Part shown: positions 51,395 through 63,260 of the stretch, in pieces
How positions within the stretch are numbered: the first letter of the stretch is position 1
Layout: the number at the start of each line of letters is the position of its first letter
Source: Amphiscolops sp. MND2022
Lineage: Eukaryota
Direction of reading: 5' to 3'
Length of the DNA: 64,000 bases
Assembly: GCA_964187785.1 (NCBI GenBank)
Contig: OZ076409.1
Span: 84,694,001-84,758,000 of the forward strand
The notes under the pieces: model-generated
The model's input: the letters and a program-made list of their open reading frames with translations, nothing else
Told to the model about the DNA's origin: nothing
Database searches by the model: none
Position numbers and translations under genes: made by a program

Positions 51395-54300
51395 TCTTCA
51401 ACTGATAAAGTTTGGTACATAGCGATAAATTTAGTAGCCTTGTTTGCTGCTAATGTCAAAAGAGCTGTAAAGACAACCCTATAGGTTTTTACGTTCATTT
51501 AACAGTTGCAATTTGATAGACAATAGCTTTGGGAGAAAATGACGGAAATATCCAAAACAAATTGATCGAAACAATGCTCGAATTATCATGGCTGTCATTT
51601 CGTACTCGATTATTCGGGTCCCATGGTTTTGCAAAGGTTTGTCGATCTCTGGCACTAAACCACAAAGTTTTCTTATGCTTCCAGAAGTAGAGGGGTGACT
51701 AAAGTGTCCGCCCTTAGGGTTTTTTCAGCACTATGCGCCTTTTTTGGCGCCGACTTTTTACAAGAAGCGTCTTTTTCTTACATAAAAAAATTCATACTGG
51801 AATCGAGAAGGCTCACCTCTTTAAGCATTGGCCCTATATTTTTTTTCAAAAGAAGTGGCCATCCCACCAAGGCTTTGTAAAAAGGCGGTCTATGTCCCAC
51901 TAAGTCTGCTTTGTTCAACTTGAGAAATATTTGTGATACTATCACATTTGAACTACAGTGATATACAAAATATGATTGAACGAATTGGAATTAAGTTGCC
52001 GTAGCATATTAGAGTTTACGTACAAATCCAAGTGACCGAGTATTATACCTCCCGCAAAACTGCAAAAAAATTTTGTTCTAGATCATTTCAAAAAGGCCTC
52101 AATATTTTAGCACCAGAGTTTTGGGTGGATCCGGAATTTTCTTGGTCCAGTTAGGGTTAACAAGCTACAGAAATAGAATTCAAGACATCGATAGATACTT
52201 TCAGCTTCTTCATCAGACTCCGAATCTATTGCTCTAACCATTCGGCTTTTAATTCTTATTTGTTTACTTTAACTCATTCATATGGCGAACCTTTTATGTC
52301 CCACCTAATGCATGTCCCACCAAAGCCTAGTAAAAAGGTGTTTATGTCCCACCAACGCTAGTTGCCTCAACGCCTCAACTCTTATTGAAAAATTGAGAAA
52401 CTTTCACTTGAATAGCTTTTGGGAGATTTTTGTATAAGATAGAAACGGAATTAGTTCTTTTTTGAAATGAAATACTCTTTTTAAATTCCAAAACATTTTT
52501 GTAAACTAGATAAAATTCTAAGAAATTTTAAGCAAAGGAGTTGCGATATTTTAGAACTAACTGTACCCAGGGGTGCAAAATAAATAGTTTATTGATACAT
52601 AATTTTCAATAAATACAAAAAAATTATTTATTTTAGCCCAAGGATTAAGTCAACATCCAACCTGCCTGAGCGACTATTTAGCTCCGTTCGTGCCGTTTTT
52701 ATTGATTATCGATAATTTTGTCTTATTAGTGAAATTGTTTTATTAGAGAACAAAAAGTGCTTTCGTGTTGTGGGGGGGGAACACCAAATGAGATTGCAAA
52801 TTTCTCAAAAACTGTCGAATTTTCCGAAATATGTTAAAAACAAAAGTTTCTTGGATTTTTGTCTAGTTTCCACTCGTCTAATAACCGGTAGATAAACAAA
52901 AACTAATCAAAGCTGTTTGGCAAAAATTAAAAACTTCGGATCTTTTTTGTTCATACCCCCCTTCCCCCCCGCACAGTAAGCGCGGAAACTTTAATTCCCC
53001 ACCACTATCAGCGATGAGTTTCAGTTGCAGTTAGAGTTATAAAATACTGCAACTTGATTGTTTGTTACTATTAATTCAATCAAAATTTCATTTGTCCGCT
53101 TAACTGGTAGGGAATAAACAGAAAAGGTTCAAAACTTGGTTGACAAACCAACTTTTACATAGAGAGGTATTGGGAGCTAGTTTCCCCCAATATTTGCCAT
53201 AGAAGTTTCAAAAAAACAAATATAAACTAGGTTAAATTTTGAGAAACTTTTATTTGAGACATTTTTCTTGAATATCAATAGTTTCAGAGATATGGGCAGA
53301 AAAATTAGGTGTTCCAAATATTATTACCAATTTGTGGTTCCATTCTTTTATCTCAGGACTGTATTACCTTGTACATGTAAGCTATAGTTTTAGGAGCAAC
53401 ATGTACATGTAAATTAAATAAACAAAGGCAACTTGGCAGACCCGTTGCACGTATGCTCAATCTCATTGCGCTTCTTTCCGTCGTTCAATGAACTTCAATT
53501 CTCCAGCTATGCAACAAGCTAGCTTGAGAATCAAAACAGGCGTGCTTTTCGTGGTCAATATAACACCTTTTCATGCTCAACCACATTGCGTTTCTTTATA
53601 ATTTCTTTTCTGGATCTGATTATAACTACCACAAAATGTTGTTTTGCTGCTGCGTTCGGATAGGGTCCAGTTTTATAGGTAATGGAGGTTCATGAGGTAG
53701 GTATATATCTAGTAACCGCATCTCTTTAAAAATTGAATTAAAATTTTTGCGCTTACTATGGGGGAAGTAACAGAAAAGAACATATTTTGGTTTCAAAACT
53801 TAAATTACCTTGGACCATATGGTAGGGTGTCACGAACATGGATATGCAATAAAATATTGCAATACTATTGCTTTTACGCAGCAAAAACTTAATATTTTTT
53901 GGCCTGCTGAATAAATTATTACAATTTTTGGTTTTGAAAAATTATTAATTGCAAAATTTTTTTGTCAAAACGCAATATTCAGAATGTTAATTATCATCAG
54001 GAATCAACAAACTTTGAACAGTTTGACTATTTTTTAATGCAGAATAATGAGGTTTGTATATGCAGTTTTCAACGCCTGTTTACGCATTACTCCACAGAAA
54101 TATTAATATTAAATAATTTAGAAGTTTGACCCAGTTTTTCCGCAGTTATTTTTATAGCTAACTCCTGAAAATTAATTTTAAATAATATTTACGTCAAGGA
54201 ATAAATTATTTTGAAGAAATATTGCAGTTATTTTGCAGTTAATTATTTATTGCGTATCCCTGATCACGAAGCAGAATATTCACTAATTCTAAAAATTTCA

Positions 54301-54603
54301 ACGCAAACGATGTCGACATAATGGTATTTGAACCTTGTGTCTTATTTTTCTACAGTTTGGGGGGGGGGATTGATGACATGGTCCATTACCTTGTAATCAT
54401 GTTTAAATGTCAATATTCAAATATTCAATAACAATTTTTTCAAAAAGTTTCTACTAAAACAGAAAATCAACTGAACAAATATTTGAAACAATTACACAAA
54501 CAACTATTTTTTTATAAATGAATAGGCTGATACAAGTGGAAACAAAAAACACAATAAGTGCGTGCAATTAGAGTTTTATGTTGAAGAATGATTTGTCCAA
54601 AGA

Positions 54604-54945
54604 CTAGTCAAATAGTTTTTCGAAAGAAATCTCCTTGCTGGACATAAGGCACAGCAGTTCTTCCAGTAGTGGATCCTTGTTGTCCAGAGCATGGTAGCAC
54701 AGCACTTCGTACAAGTCCTTGAAACTTTTTGACTGAGGGTGAAGGTGTATGTTGAATTTGGTTGGGGTCTTTTTCACGGGTAGCGGATGAGAGCGGTTGA
54801 ATTGAATTCCAAAGAAACAAACTCTGATGACTTTTCCTCTGAAGGTCCAATATATTTTTGTGATTGTAACTACTTCAATATCGAGGTTTTTGAGCTCTTG
54901 TGGAACTACCCACTGTAAGTTCAAAAATAGTTTGTGGCAAGGCAT
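54604..54945 (-). CDS. Intronless orphan ORF (113 aa), unknown function
   Basis: ATG-to-TAG ORF in apparently unique, higher-GC sequence between repeats, with globular-looking composition; no recognised domain. Confidence 0.45.
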   Translation of the reverse strand: MPCHKLFLNLQWVVPQELKNLDIEVVTITKIYWTFRGKVIRVCFFGIQFNRSHPLPVKKTPTKFNIHLHPQSKSFKDLYEVLCYHALDNKDPLLEELLCLMSSKEISFEKLFD

Positions 54946-55284
54946 CAGTAGATTAGGTGTTACAGACTAGACTAAACAGACTGAGTTCAAAGAGACTGAG
55001 AAAGAACTGGAGTTCCACAGTACCCCTTCCAAAAACGTCCTAGCCACAATTGTCTCAAAATTATTCGCGAGTAATTATTCGGTGTTCAGTTGTGATATAG
55101 TTCAAAGTGAATTACTTTGGTAACCTAACCGGCTATAGATAATCAAGTAATTAGGAACAGCAAAGTCGGAAACGATTTGAAATCAAAAAATTGTAAGTGG
55201 GTCAAAAATTCAAAAAACTAAAACCTGATGTTTTGCACGTTGCTCTCAACCAATGAAATGAGCGCGTGAGACCTTGATCGGCCA

Positions 55285-57220
55285 ATGAGATTTGTTCATT
55301 TGCTTTCTTTCGCGTGCTATGTTGCTTCTTCTAGAATAACTACTGCATATCCCCACCTTATGCTCCACCAAGTACCATGATTTGAACAGGTTTTTGATCA
55401 GGTATGAACCGCATCCTCGGAATGAGACGGAGAAGTCGCTGTTATCGTTGTATGTCCCACTAAGAAAGGTATATTTCTTTGGTGATTGACCTCGTTTTGT
55501 CCATAGTGCGTCATTCTAACATGTTGTTGTCTTTGTTATGAATAATTCTTATAGTGGGTCAATTTGGTAAAAAGTCTATGTATGTAGTAGAAATAAAGAA
55601 GCATGTGTCATGGAAATGTTGTAGAATTGCGTTCTAAAATACGAGTAGAAAATATTTATTAACTATTTGTGTTTTTTTCAAAACTATTTATTCAATTCTA
55701 CATATATTTTGTTTTAATAAAGCTATTTTAAAATACTGTTATTGATTGATTATAGCATAGACTACAATGAATAGACTACACCCAGTTTTTGTAAGATTAC
55801 CTTAATAAGAACACCAGCCTCAGAAAGTCAAAAAATTAGGAACATTTTAAGGACACCACCGAGGCCAAACTAGAAAGTGACAGCCCGTTTTTAGAAAAAA
55901 ATCGTTGAATCGTCTGTCAATAATGCGGTTGATAAAAACTTTCCAATGCATGTCGAACCCATTGAGTATTTAAAATACGACGCTCACGCGCAGTGAGAGA
56001 CTAAGGGTACCACGTGTGTAACAATATAATGAAAAATAAATATAATATATAAGATATTAATATAAAGGTTAATTTCAGGATATTTTTTACTTGGCCCTGG
56101 TGGGTCTTGGCGTAACAACTGCTGGCTGAGAAACTGTCCTCATTTTGTTCCATTGTAAGAGGCTATTATGTAAATGTTAAATGAAACGATTTATTTTTAG
56201 AACGATGGAATAATATTTTCTTTTCGAATCTTTTCGAATCTCGAAATACAAGTTTTCACCAGCCAAAAACATTCCGCTATAATGAATTGCGTCGTCAGCC
56301 AATTGAATTTTGTCGCAATAAATGCAGTATGGTTTCAAATGCCGGCTATCTTTGTATCGTTTCCTTAGAAAAATGTTCTAAAAGAATTACAATGTGATCA
56401 GGGTTCCTGAGAAATGTTTTTGAACGAAAACACTATGTGTGAAATGGCGTCCCACTTATTATGTCCCACCTTGTGCCCGTCCCACCAAGGCCTAGTAAAA
56501 AGTGGGGTCTATTTCGTACACGACCAATTGAATCTGAGTGAAAATTCTTAGAGGATTGTGTGATTTGAGGAAAGCAGACTTAGTGGGACATTGACCCCTT
56601 TTTAAATAAACTTTGGTGGAACGGGCAAAAGGTGGGACATGAAAGGTGGGAACTCCTATGAGACAGTGAAAATTGACAAAAATTGGAAAAGGACTGAGCG
56701 AAGGAAACGCAATGTGATTGGGTTGAGATTTGATGTGTATTGTTTTGTTAGACATATTACCTAAAAGATTCAACCGTGGGGAACCAAGAGATTACAGGGG
56801 CATTTTGTCTGTTCTTCCCAGTTCAAGAGGAGAGGAAACGCGTTAAACATGAAATCATTTATGATTTAAAAAATGAATCATTTAAATCTTTACAGAATTG
56901 TCTGACGTACATATATTGAAAGTTAATTTTCCGACCCTCAAAAAAATTTCTGAGACCAAGTAAACCAAAAAAAAATCTGTAGAGCATAAAAAGAACTCAA
57001 ACTCTTTCAGGAAAATGATTAAAAAGTAATTTTCCACAACTTTGAAAAAAAATGATTTTTCAATTTTTTGCTTCCAAGTTGCAGATGGTACAACGCCGCG
57101 AACCCATAATGCATTCTCAATTGATGTAATATGGTATTTAGATTTCAGCACTGCTACTGATTTTCACAATGACACATTTTCGAAATGTTGAGCCTTTGTT
57201 AATGTTCTGATCAGAAATCA
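55285..57220 (+). pseudogene. Putative decayed multi-exon gene for a secreted or type II membrane protein
   Basis: Hydrophobic start, exon-like blocks with splice-like borders (~55285-55468, ~55760-56005, ~56079-56170, ~56752-56915, ~57078-57190) containing stops and frameshifts. Confidence 0.3.
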
Positions 57221-57260
57221 CAACATACAATAACACTAGCCCAAAATTTTGTAATTTTAA

Positions 57261-57339
57261 AGAGGCTCTCAGTTCGAGGATCACATAGTGTCACCCTTTA
57301 ACAAGACCCACGACGAGAACGTGGCCTCTGTAAGGTCTC
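57261..57339 (-). ncRNA. HDV-like (CPEB3-type) self-cleaving ribozyme, copy B
   Basis: P1 GAGACCU/GGGUCUU, P2 AGAGGC/GCCUCU, P3 ACG/CGU, L3 UUCUCGU, GU, P4 AGGGU/AUCCU + CAC/GUG, J4/2 CUGA (putative catalytic C at 57272). Confidence 0.8.
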
Positions 57340-57342
57340 AAA

Positions 57343-57676
57343 CAGGGGTGTTAAAAATTATCGTTTAGTCAAATGACAAAATGAACCAAAATGACAAACC
57401 AAAATGACGAACCAAAAATGAACCAAATGACAAAATGAACCAAAAAGAAATGCACTGAAAGATTGAAACCAGATGGTTGAATGGACTAAATGGCAGTAAT
57501 GACTTAATATTGATTTAAATAACAAAAAAGGGAGACTTTTAACACCACATGCAAAATCCAATGAACCAAAAAGAAATGCACTGAAAGATTGAACCCAGAT
57601 GGGTGAATGGACTAAATGGCAGTAATGACCTAATGTTGTCTTAAATAACAAAAAAGGGAGACTTTTAACACCCCTG
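57343..57676. mobile_element. MITE with internal ~120-bp duplication, between RING B and its ribozyme
   Basis: TIRs caggggtgttaaaa / ttttaacacccctg (hAT-like CAGGG ends); TSD not clearly preserved. Confidence 0.75.
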
Positions 57677-57718
57677 TCCGTAAATTAACTAATAAAATAA
57701 ACTACAAAATTTACAAAA

Positions 57719-57928
57719 CTAAGAATATACAATGTTATCTACAGGTATTCTACATAATGGACATTTAAATACATCTGAATATACAAAAAGGGAATCTAAA
57801 CAGTCTCTACATGCTAAATGTAAGGAATGTTTTCTATGAAAGCTCTGTAATTCTACTGATCTAAAGTCCTCTAAACAAATAATACATCTACTATAAAGTT
57901 TTGTTGGCCTCGAGTTTTTGGGTCTCAT
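57719..57928 (-). CDS. RING-finger micro-protein B (69 aa, C2-H-H-C4 variant)
   Basis: MRPKNSRPTKLYSRCIICLEDFRSVELQSFHRKHSLHLACRDCLDSLFVYSDVFKCPLCRIPVDNIVYS*; paralog of RING A. Confidence 0.8.
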   Translation of the reverse strand: MRPKNSRPTKLYSRCIICLEDFRSVELQSFHRKHSLHLACRDCLDSLFVYSDVFKCPLCRIPVDNIVYS

Positions 57929-58082
57929 CTTGCATCTTGACACCTGGAACCTCGTGAAAAAATTAGTTGACCACTCTGCATCCGTTTTTTAAAAGCAGTT
58001 GTGTACCCGTTTTAGTTTCAAAACAAGCTTCAAATTCGAATAATACAAAAATCTCTTGGGAGAATATCAAATGAAAAAAGTT

Positions 58083-58134
58083 AGGTTGCACCCGGGTTCT
58101 AACCAGTGACCGCTTGAGCTGCAGCCGGATGCAT
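58083..58134 (-). pseudogene. 5'-truncated tRNA-Cys(GCA)-like sequence
   Basis: gcatccggctGCAgctcaagcggtcactggttagaacccgggtgcaacct aligns to the 3' two-thirds of animal tRNA-Cys, followed by a T run. The 5' end is lost at the foldback border. Confidence 0.6.
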
Positions 58135-58149
58135 TATATCTAATAATCT

Positions 58150-58881
58150 AATAATATAAATAATCTAATAATAATCTAAGGACCAGATTTCTTTGCCCCC
58201 CCCTTTTTTTCTTCAGAAGATATTGCTTTTTGGATGTTCTTTGAAAAAACACGAAAAGTTCTGAATATCTGAATTATTCGTTACTATTGCGCTTTCTTAT
58301 TGGCCGAGAATTCAACCAATTAGGCATCTGAATCAAAAGTACAAAGTTTCACACTTTTGAATGATGATTTAAGTTGATTCAAATATTATTTAATTTCACA
58401 GTATAATATAATTATTATATAACAAATATCATTTTAAAATAATTTTAAAAAGTGTGGGGGTAAATTGTTGTTTTTGCAATTAATTATAGTAACGGAACTT
58501 TGTCCTCCCCCCCCACACTTTTCAAAATGTTGTTTATGCAATTGATTATAGTAACGGAACTTTTTCCTTTCCCCCCACACTTTTTAAAATTATTTTAAAA
58601 TGATATTTGTTATATAATAATTATATAATACTGTGAAATTAAATAATATTTGAATCAACTTAAATCATCATTCAAAAGTGTGAAACTTTGTACTTTTGAT
58701 TCAGATGTCTAATTGGTTGAATTCTCGGCCAATAAGAAAGCGCAATAGTAACGAATAATTTAGATATTCAGAACTTTTCGTGTTTTTTCAAAGAACATCA
58801 AAAAAGCAATATCTTCTGAAGAAAAAAAGGGTGGGCAAAGAAATCTGGTCCTTAGATTATTATTAGATTATTTATATTATT
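58150..58881. repeat. Foldback palindrome: ~310-bp arms (58150-58460 / 58572-58881), ~110-bp spacer
   Basis: Arms are reverse complements with only a handful of mismatches; the spacer contains a ~55-bp direct repeat overlapping the inner arm end. Confidence 0.95.
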
Positions 58882-59012
58882 TTAGTACTGTGACTCTCCT
58901 CCCTCCCTTGTTTCCTCAAAAAAAGGACAGTGACTCAGTGTTTCCAGTCAAAAGGGTGTTTCCAGTCAAACACTTAAAAGATCAAAACAGCAATAAAAAT
59001 TCGCATTCCAAA

Positions 59013-59096
59013 CCCGCCCAGTCTGGGATTCGAACCCCGGTTTGCGATGAACAAGCCCGAACAACCAGCCCATTTAACCACTGAACCACCGTCCCC
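59013..59096 (-). mobile_element. tRNA-derived SINE head / tRNA-like pseudogene
   Basis: A box tggttcagtgg, B box ggttcgaatcc, T stem intact, no canonical anticodon arm. Confidence 0.6.
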
Positions 59097-59547
59097 GTTA
59101 TCATTTCGATTTCAGTTGTTTATATATTTGATCAACTTTGATCGAAGTTTCATTCGTACTTCAATTTTATTTAAATCTATTTGATCGAAGTTTCCTCGGA
59201 ACTTTAATTTAATTTATATCATACTTTAATTCTTATTCTGATGAATAACCAATGGTCATGTTTGATTTTTCTGCATAAAATTGTCACAAAGTAATTTACT
59301 TCTTGAAAAGTGTCCTCATTATGATTTTATCAATAATTCATTAATTTTTACCTTTTAAACTAATTAAAATAATTAAAACTCTAAAAAATTTTGATTTATC
59401 TAAGATATTTTGATTTTCATCTTAATCAATAATTCATTAATTTCTGCTTTTTAAACTAATTAAAACTCTAAAATTTAAAAAAATTAAACTCTAAAAATAA
59501 ACTTCCTCTACTGAACTTTTAACTAGACTTTTAATAAACAATCATGG

Positions 59548-59617
59548 AGAGGGGTTGGGGTGATGGGTTGGGCTGATGGGTTGGGGTGATGGGTTGAGGT
59601 GGGGGGATGGGGTTGGC
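59548..59617 (+). repeat. G-rich 13-bp minisatellite (gggttggggtgat)n
   Basis: Many G3+ tracts in 70 bp within an otherwise very AT-rich tract; G-quadruplex-compatible. Confidence 0.8.
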
Positions 59618-61584
59618 TGCTTATTTTTCTTTCCTCACATTACCTCAGATAATTATCAAAGGTTTAGATGTCTTTCACCTGTTAGACTCATTTTCACTCA
59701 TTTAGAATTAACACCTCTCTCTCAACACCTCCTTTCAACCTAAAAACCCCCCATCTTATGACGTTGATGATAGTTGAATTCAATGGACAAATTCGAAATA
59801 GGAATCCTAATAACTTTCTTCGAATTCTTTAAGTTCATTTCTTCAAAAATTCATAAGTTTGTTCAGTTAATTCTATAAGTTTTCGAAGAAAATAGCAACA
59901 CTACCTAAAACTTTTAACCCCGGAGTAACCCTTTAAATGTTCTTACCGTATAAGGAGTAATAGAAGTATAATGGCAAAGAAGGCAAGTATTAATGGCAAG
60001 TATTAAAGAAGTATTAATGGCAATTTAATAATGGTAGAAGTTAATTTGCCAATGAACAATTTTTGCCAATAAACTGCATCGAATGTAGACCAAATAACAT
60101 AAGTGCAAATTCATAATTTAATTTAATGACAGATTCAGTGACATTTCATTTAATGACAATTTCCTTGACAAATGACAATGGATTTCATTTTCAAATTTTT
60201 GTAAGACTATTTTTGTTTCGGTCTTGTGAATTTGATTCATTTAGCTGAACTGAGTTTCACAAATCATACGAAGTAAATAGGTATTATGTTATTTGGTCAT
60301 CATAAGAATTGTTTGCTGTTTGCCTTTTGCGATTTACAATGCGAACGTTACAATACAAACGAAGAAATTGGAATTGAATTGAAATGAATTCAATTGAACG
60401 AAGAAATTGGAAATCCGCTTACGAACCATGCCGGGACTGAACGAAATTTTCACAATTAGTTGGTTTCTCTATTTCTCTAAAGTATATCTGTTGAATAGCA
60501 AATTAGTTGGTTTCTCTATTTCTCTAAAGTATATCTGTTGAATAGCCATTTGATATATGGTTTCTTGAAATATGGAATTATTATTACTTGTACTGTTGGC
60601 TACAATCCCTAGTAAAGAATATACTATATTCACAACCAGTTAGCTGCTGTTATTGAAGGAAATCTACAGCAAGTTCAATTCAGACTAACTGGATCCCAGA
60701 ATTCAAATAAACATTCGATTGTCTGTTTGTTTGTCAATATACGTTAGGAAAGCATGCTGTTATTCTCAGTGAACGAAAAAATGGAGGGAAAACCAAAGCA
60801 TGCCAATATTTTTATTCATTTTTGTAGATCTTTTAAGCAGAGTTGGCTGATTAAAATCAAATGATTATAAAATGTTGAATACTGTTGAAAATTATATCTG
60901 TTGTTAAAATTGATGTGATCATTCAAATTCGAAAAATTGTTCAAATTTCAAATCAAAAGTGGCAATCCAGAACCTTGACAAACAAATCTTTTTCAAGCAT
61001 CAGATTGGGTAATGCTCAACGTTTCGTAATATAAAGGCAAAATAAATGCCCCTTCAAAGTCATCTCCCTATGGCTACAATATCCCAGCTCTCTGCATTTT
61101 TCGCATGCAAGATTGAGTTGAAGTTTTTCCAGTATGTGACTAAAGACTTTGTATTCAAATGATTGGTAACTTTATTTAAAAGCTATGAGAGAATGCATTT
61201 TGTCTGGGGGTGCGAGAGGTGCAAGCCCTCGGAGTCAACTCTCCCTATGGCTACAAAATCCTCCCTATGGCTACAAAAAAACGTACGCCTTCCGATTATC
61301 ATTTGATTCCTCCTCAGAACCTAATACTATTCATTTCAGTTCATTTCAATACGTTTCGCAGAGAGTTCCGAGTATTCACAGTTTTTGCATTGCAAAGTGG
61401 TTCTCAGATTTGTGATCGGTATTACTACTTAAAAAATCACATGCTACTTGGACATAGTTTTAGTAGTAAATCTGATACCATTTTGCTCTTGGTAGTAGTA
61501 GGTGCATTTCGGTCTTGCGATTTTTCGAGGTCATGCAAAGTGGTACACGATTTTGGAATTGTGGTGCAAAATGTCACCGCGAAC

Positions 61585-61668
<84 letters not shown>
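61585..61668. repeat. (TAG)n microsatellite, ~28 units
   Basis: Perfect trinucleotide run. Confidence 0.98.
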
Positions 61669-61934
61669 AATAGACTTTAGGGCGTAGCCCTAGGAGGTTT
61701 CCCCCTTTATTACAGATTATTGACATCATTTTTCCGAAATCAAGAAAACGGGAACAAAACTTATTTTAAAATGTGAGCGCAGAACATCCGTTTTCCAATT
61801 TTTGTTTGTGGCCACTCTTCTTTCTACCTTTCCAAGATAGCTTGCTTTTAAAACATGAAATGGAGAATCAGATGAAAAAGGTCAATTGATTTTGAAAAAT
61901 GTAAACAAAAAACGACAAATAGTAACATGAAATA

Positions 61935-62339
61935 CTATCTTGTTGTTCGGCAGTTCAATATATAACACGGCTCGTCGTCCAGAGCCCCAGGTTTCCAGTA
62001 TTCATTGGGTGCATTGAAACATATCACGGACTCCATTACTTGTCCATTTGGTAGTATAGCTCTTTCAATGAAAGAGAACTTGACTGTTACTGGTTTTTTG
62101 TTCCTTTTTGTTTTTTCACTCCGTAGAGAAGAGATTAGAGTGAGCGAGGTTGTTGGGGTTGTCTCAGGAATGGGTTTGCTTCTTTTGATCCTCCAAGCTC
62201 TCGGATGTGTCGGAGAGGTTTGATTGGTGGTTGAGTCGGCAAAATGCACGTTTTTTCTGTGTGGTGGTCCATAATTTGAGAGCAGTTCATCTATCGGACG
62301 AATACACGACCTGATTGGCATTGCTGAGGGATTGAACAT
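61935..62339 (-). CDS. Small intronless protein (134 aa) with PP1-docking RVxF motif
   Basis: PIRSCIR...RKNVHFADS. Apparently unique, higher-GC sequence; CCAAT on the coding strand at ~62625. Confidence 0.5.
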   Translation of the reverse strand: MFNPSAMPIRSCIRPIDELLSNYGPPHRKNVHFADSTTNQTSPTHPRAWRIKRSKPIPETTPTTSLTLISSLRSEKTKRNKKPVTVKFSFIERAILPNGQVMESVICFNAPNEYWKPGALDDEPCYILNCRTTR

Positions 62340-62634
62340 GATAGGGTTGATGTCAGCTCGGAACTGGGCTTGCTATGTGCTCTTTGACCAGCTGATGAAT
62401 GTAGACTTCCTTGGAATCCTTTCAGCTCTATGCAGTATAATCTGCAACGCTAGTGTCGTTTGAACTAGCTATATCAATACTTTTGTGTTGCTATGAACTT
62501 ATGAATTTGATTGTATTTTGTAAGCCTTGGAAATCTTCTTCCTTCTTAGGCGACAAAACAACGCAATACTAACTCATGGAATGAGAAATGACGTTGAAAA
62601 AAATTGGATAAAAGTTTGAATTTGATTGGTTGTT

Positions 62635-63260
62635 GCACTTGGTGGGACCTGTCACTACTTTACTAAGCATTGATGGGACATTTTAACGCAGTTGTTTATT
62701 TTCATTCACCAAGTAAATCAGTGATTGCTCTCTCTCTTGATTGCCAGCTTGGATGCCAAGCTTTCAACTTGGTTCATTCACCACCAAACACCTTATGGGA
62801 CTGGCGGGGTTTCTTGACGCTTCTGTTGTTAATGTTTGAAAAACAAATAGGACGTTTTCGAAAAAGCACTTGGTGGGACCTGATACTTTATTTATTAAGC
62901 ATTGATGGGACTTTTTAACACAGTCGTGTTTGCTTCCATTTACCATGTAAATTAGTGATTGCTCTCTCTTGATTGCCAGCTTGGATGCCAAGCTCTCAAC
63001 TTGGTTCATTCACCACCAAACACCTCATGGGGCTGGCAGGGTTTCTTGACGCTTCTGTTGTTAATGTTTGAAAAACAAATAGGACGTTTTCGAAAATGCA
63101 CTTGGTGGGACCTGAAACTGTAATTTACTAAGCATTGATGGGACTTTTACCGCAATCTTGTTTGTTTCTATTCACCAAGTAAATTAGTGATTGCCCCCTC
63201 TTGATTGAATCCAAACCAACAGCTTGTATGTCAAGCTCTCAACTTGGTTCATTCACCACC
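62635..63260. repeat. ~231-bp tandem repeat, ~2.7 copies
   Basis: Units start gcacttggtgggacctg at 62635, 62866 and 63098. Confidence 0.92.

Noticed and set aside
55319..55900. Alternative genetic code (TAA/TAG read as Gln) suggested by in-frame stops here and at 22229-22400 and 37282
   Set aside because: RING A and B end at homologous positions with TAA and TAG, and the same blocks also contain frameshifts and TGA stops; ordinary decay explains it.
58083..58134. tRNA-Cys-like sequence acting as Pol III promoter for the RING B cassette
   Set aside because: A box is missing, a T6 terminator follows immediately, and RING A has no equivalent upstream.
59013..59096. Functional tRNA (including tRNA-Sec)
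   Set aside because: No proper acceptor stem or 7-nt anticodon loop; only A/B boxes and T arm.
61502..61687. Poly-serine protein
   Set aside because: Translation of the (TAG)n microsatellite.
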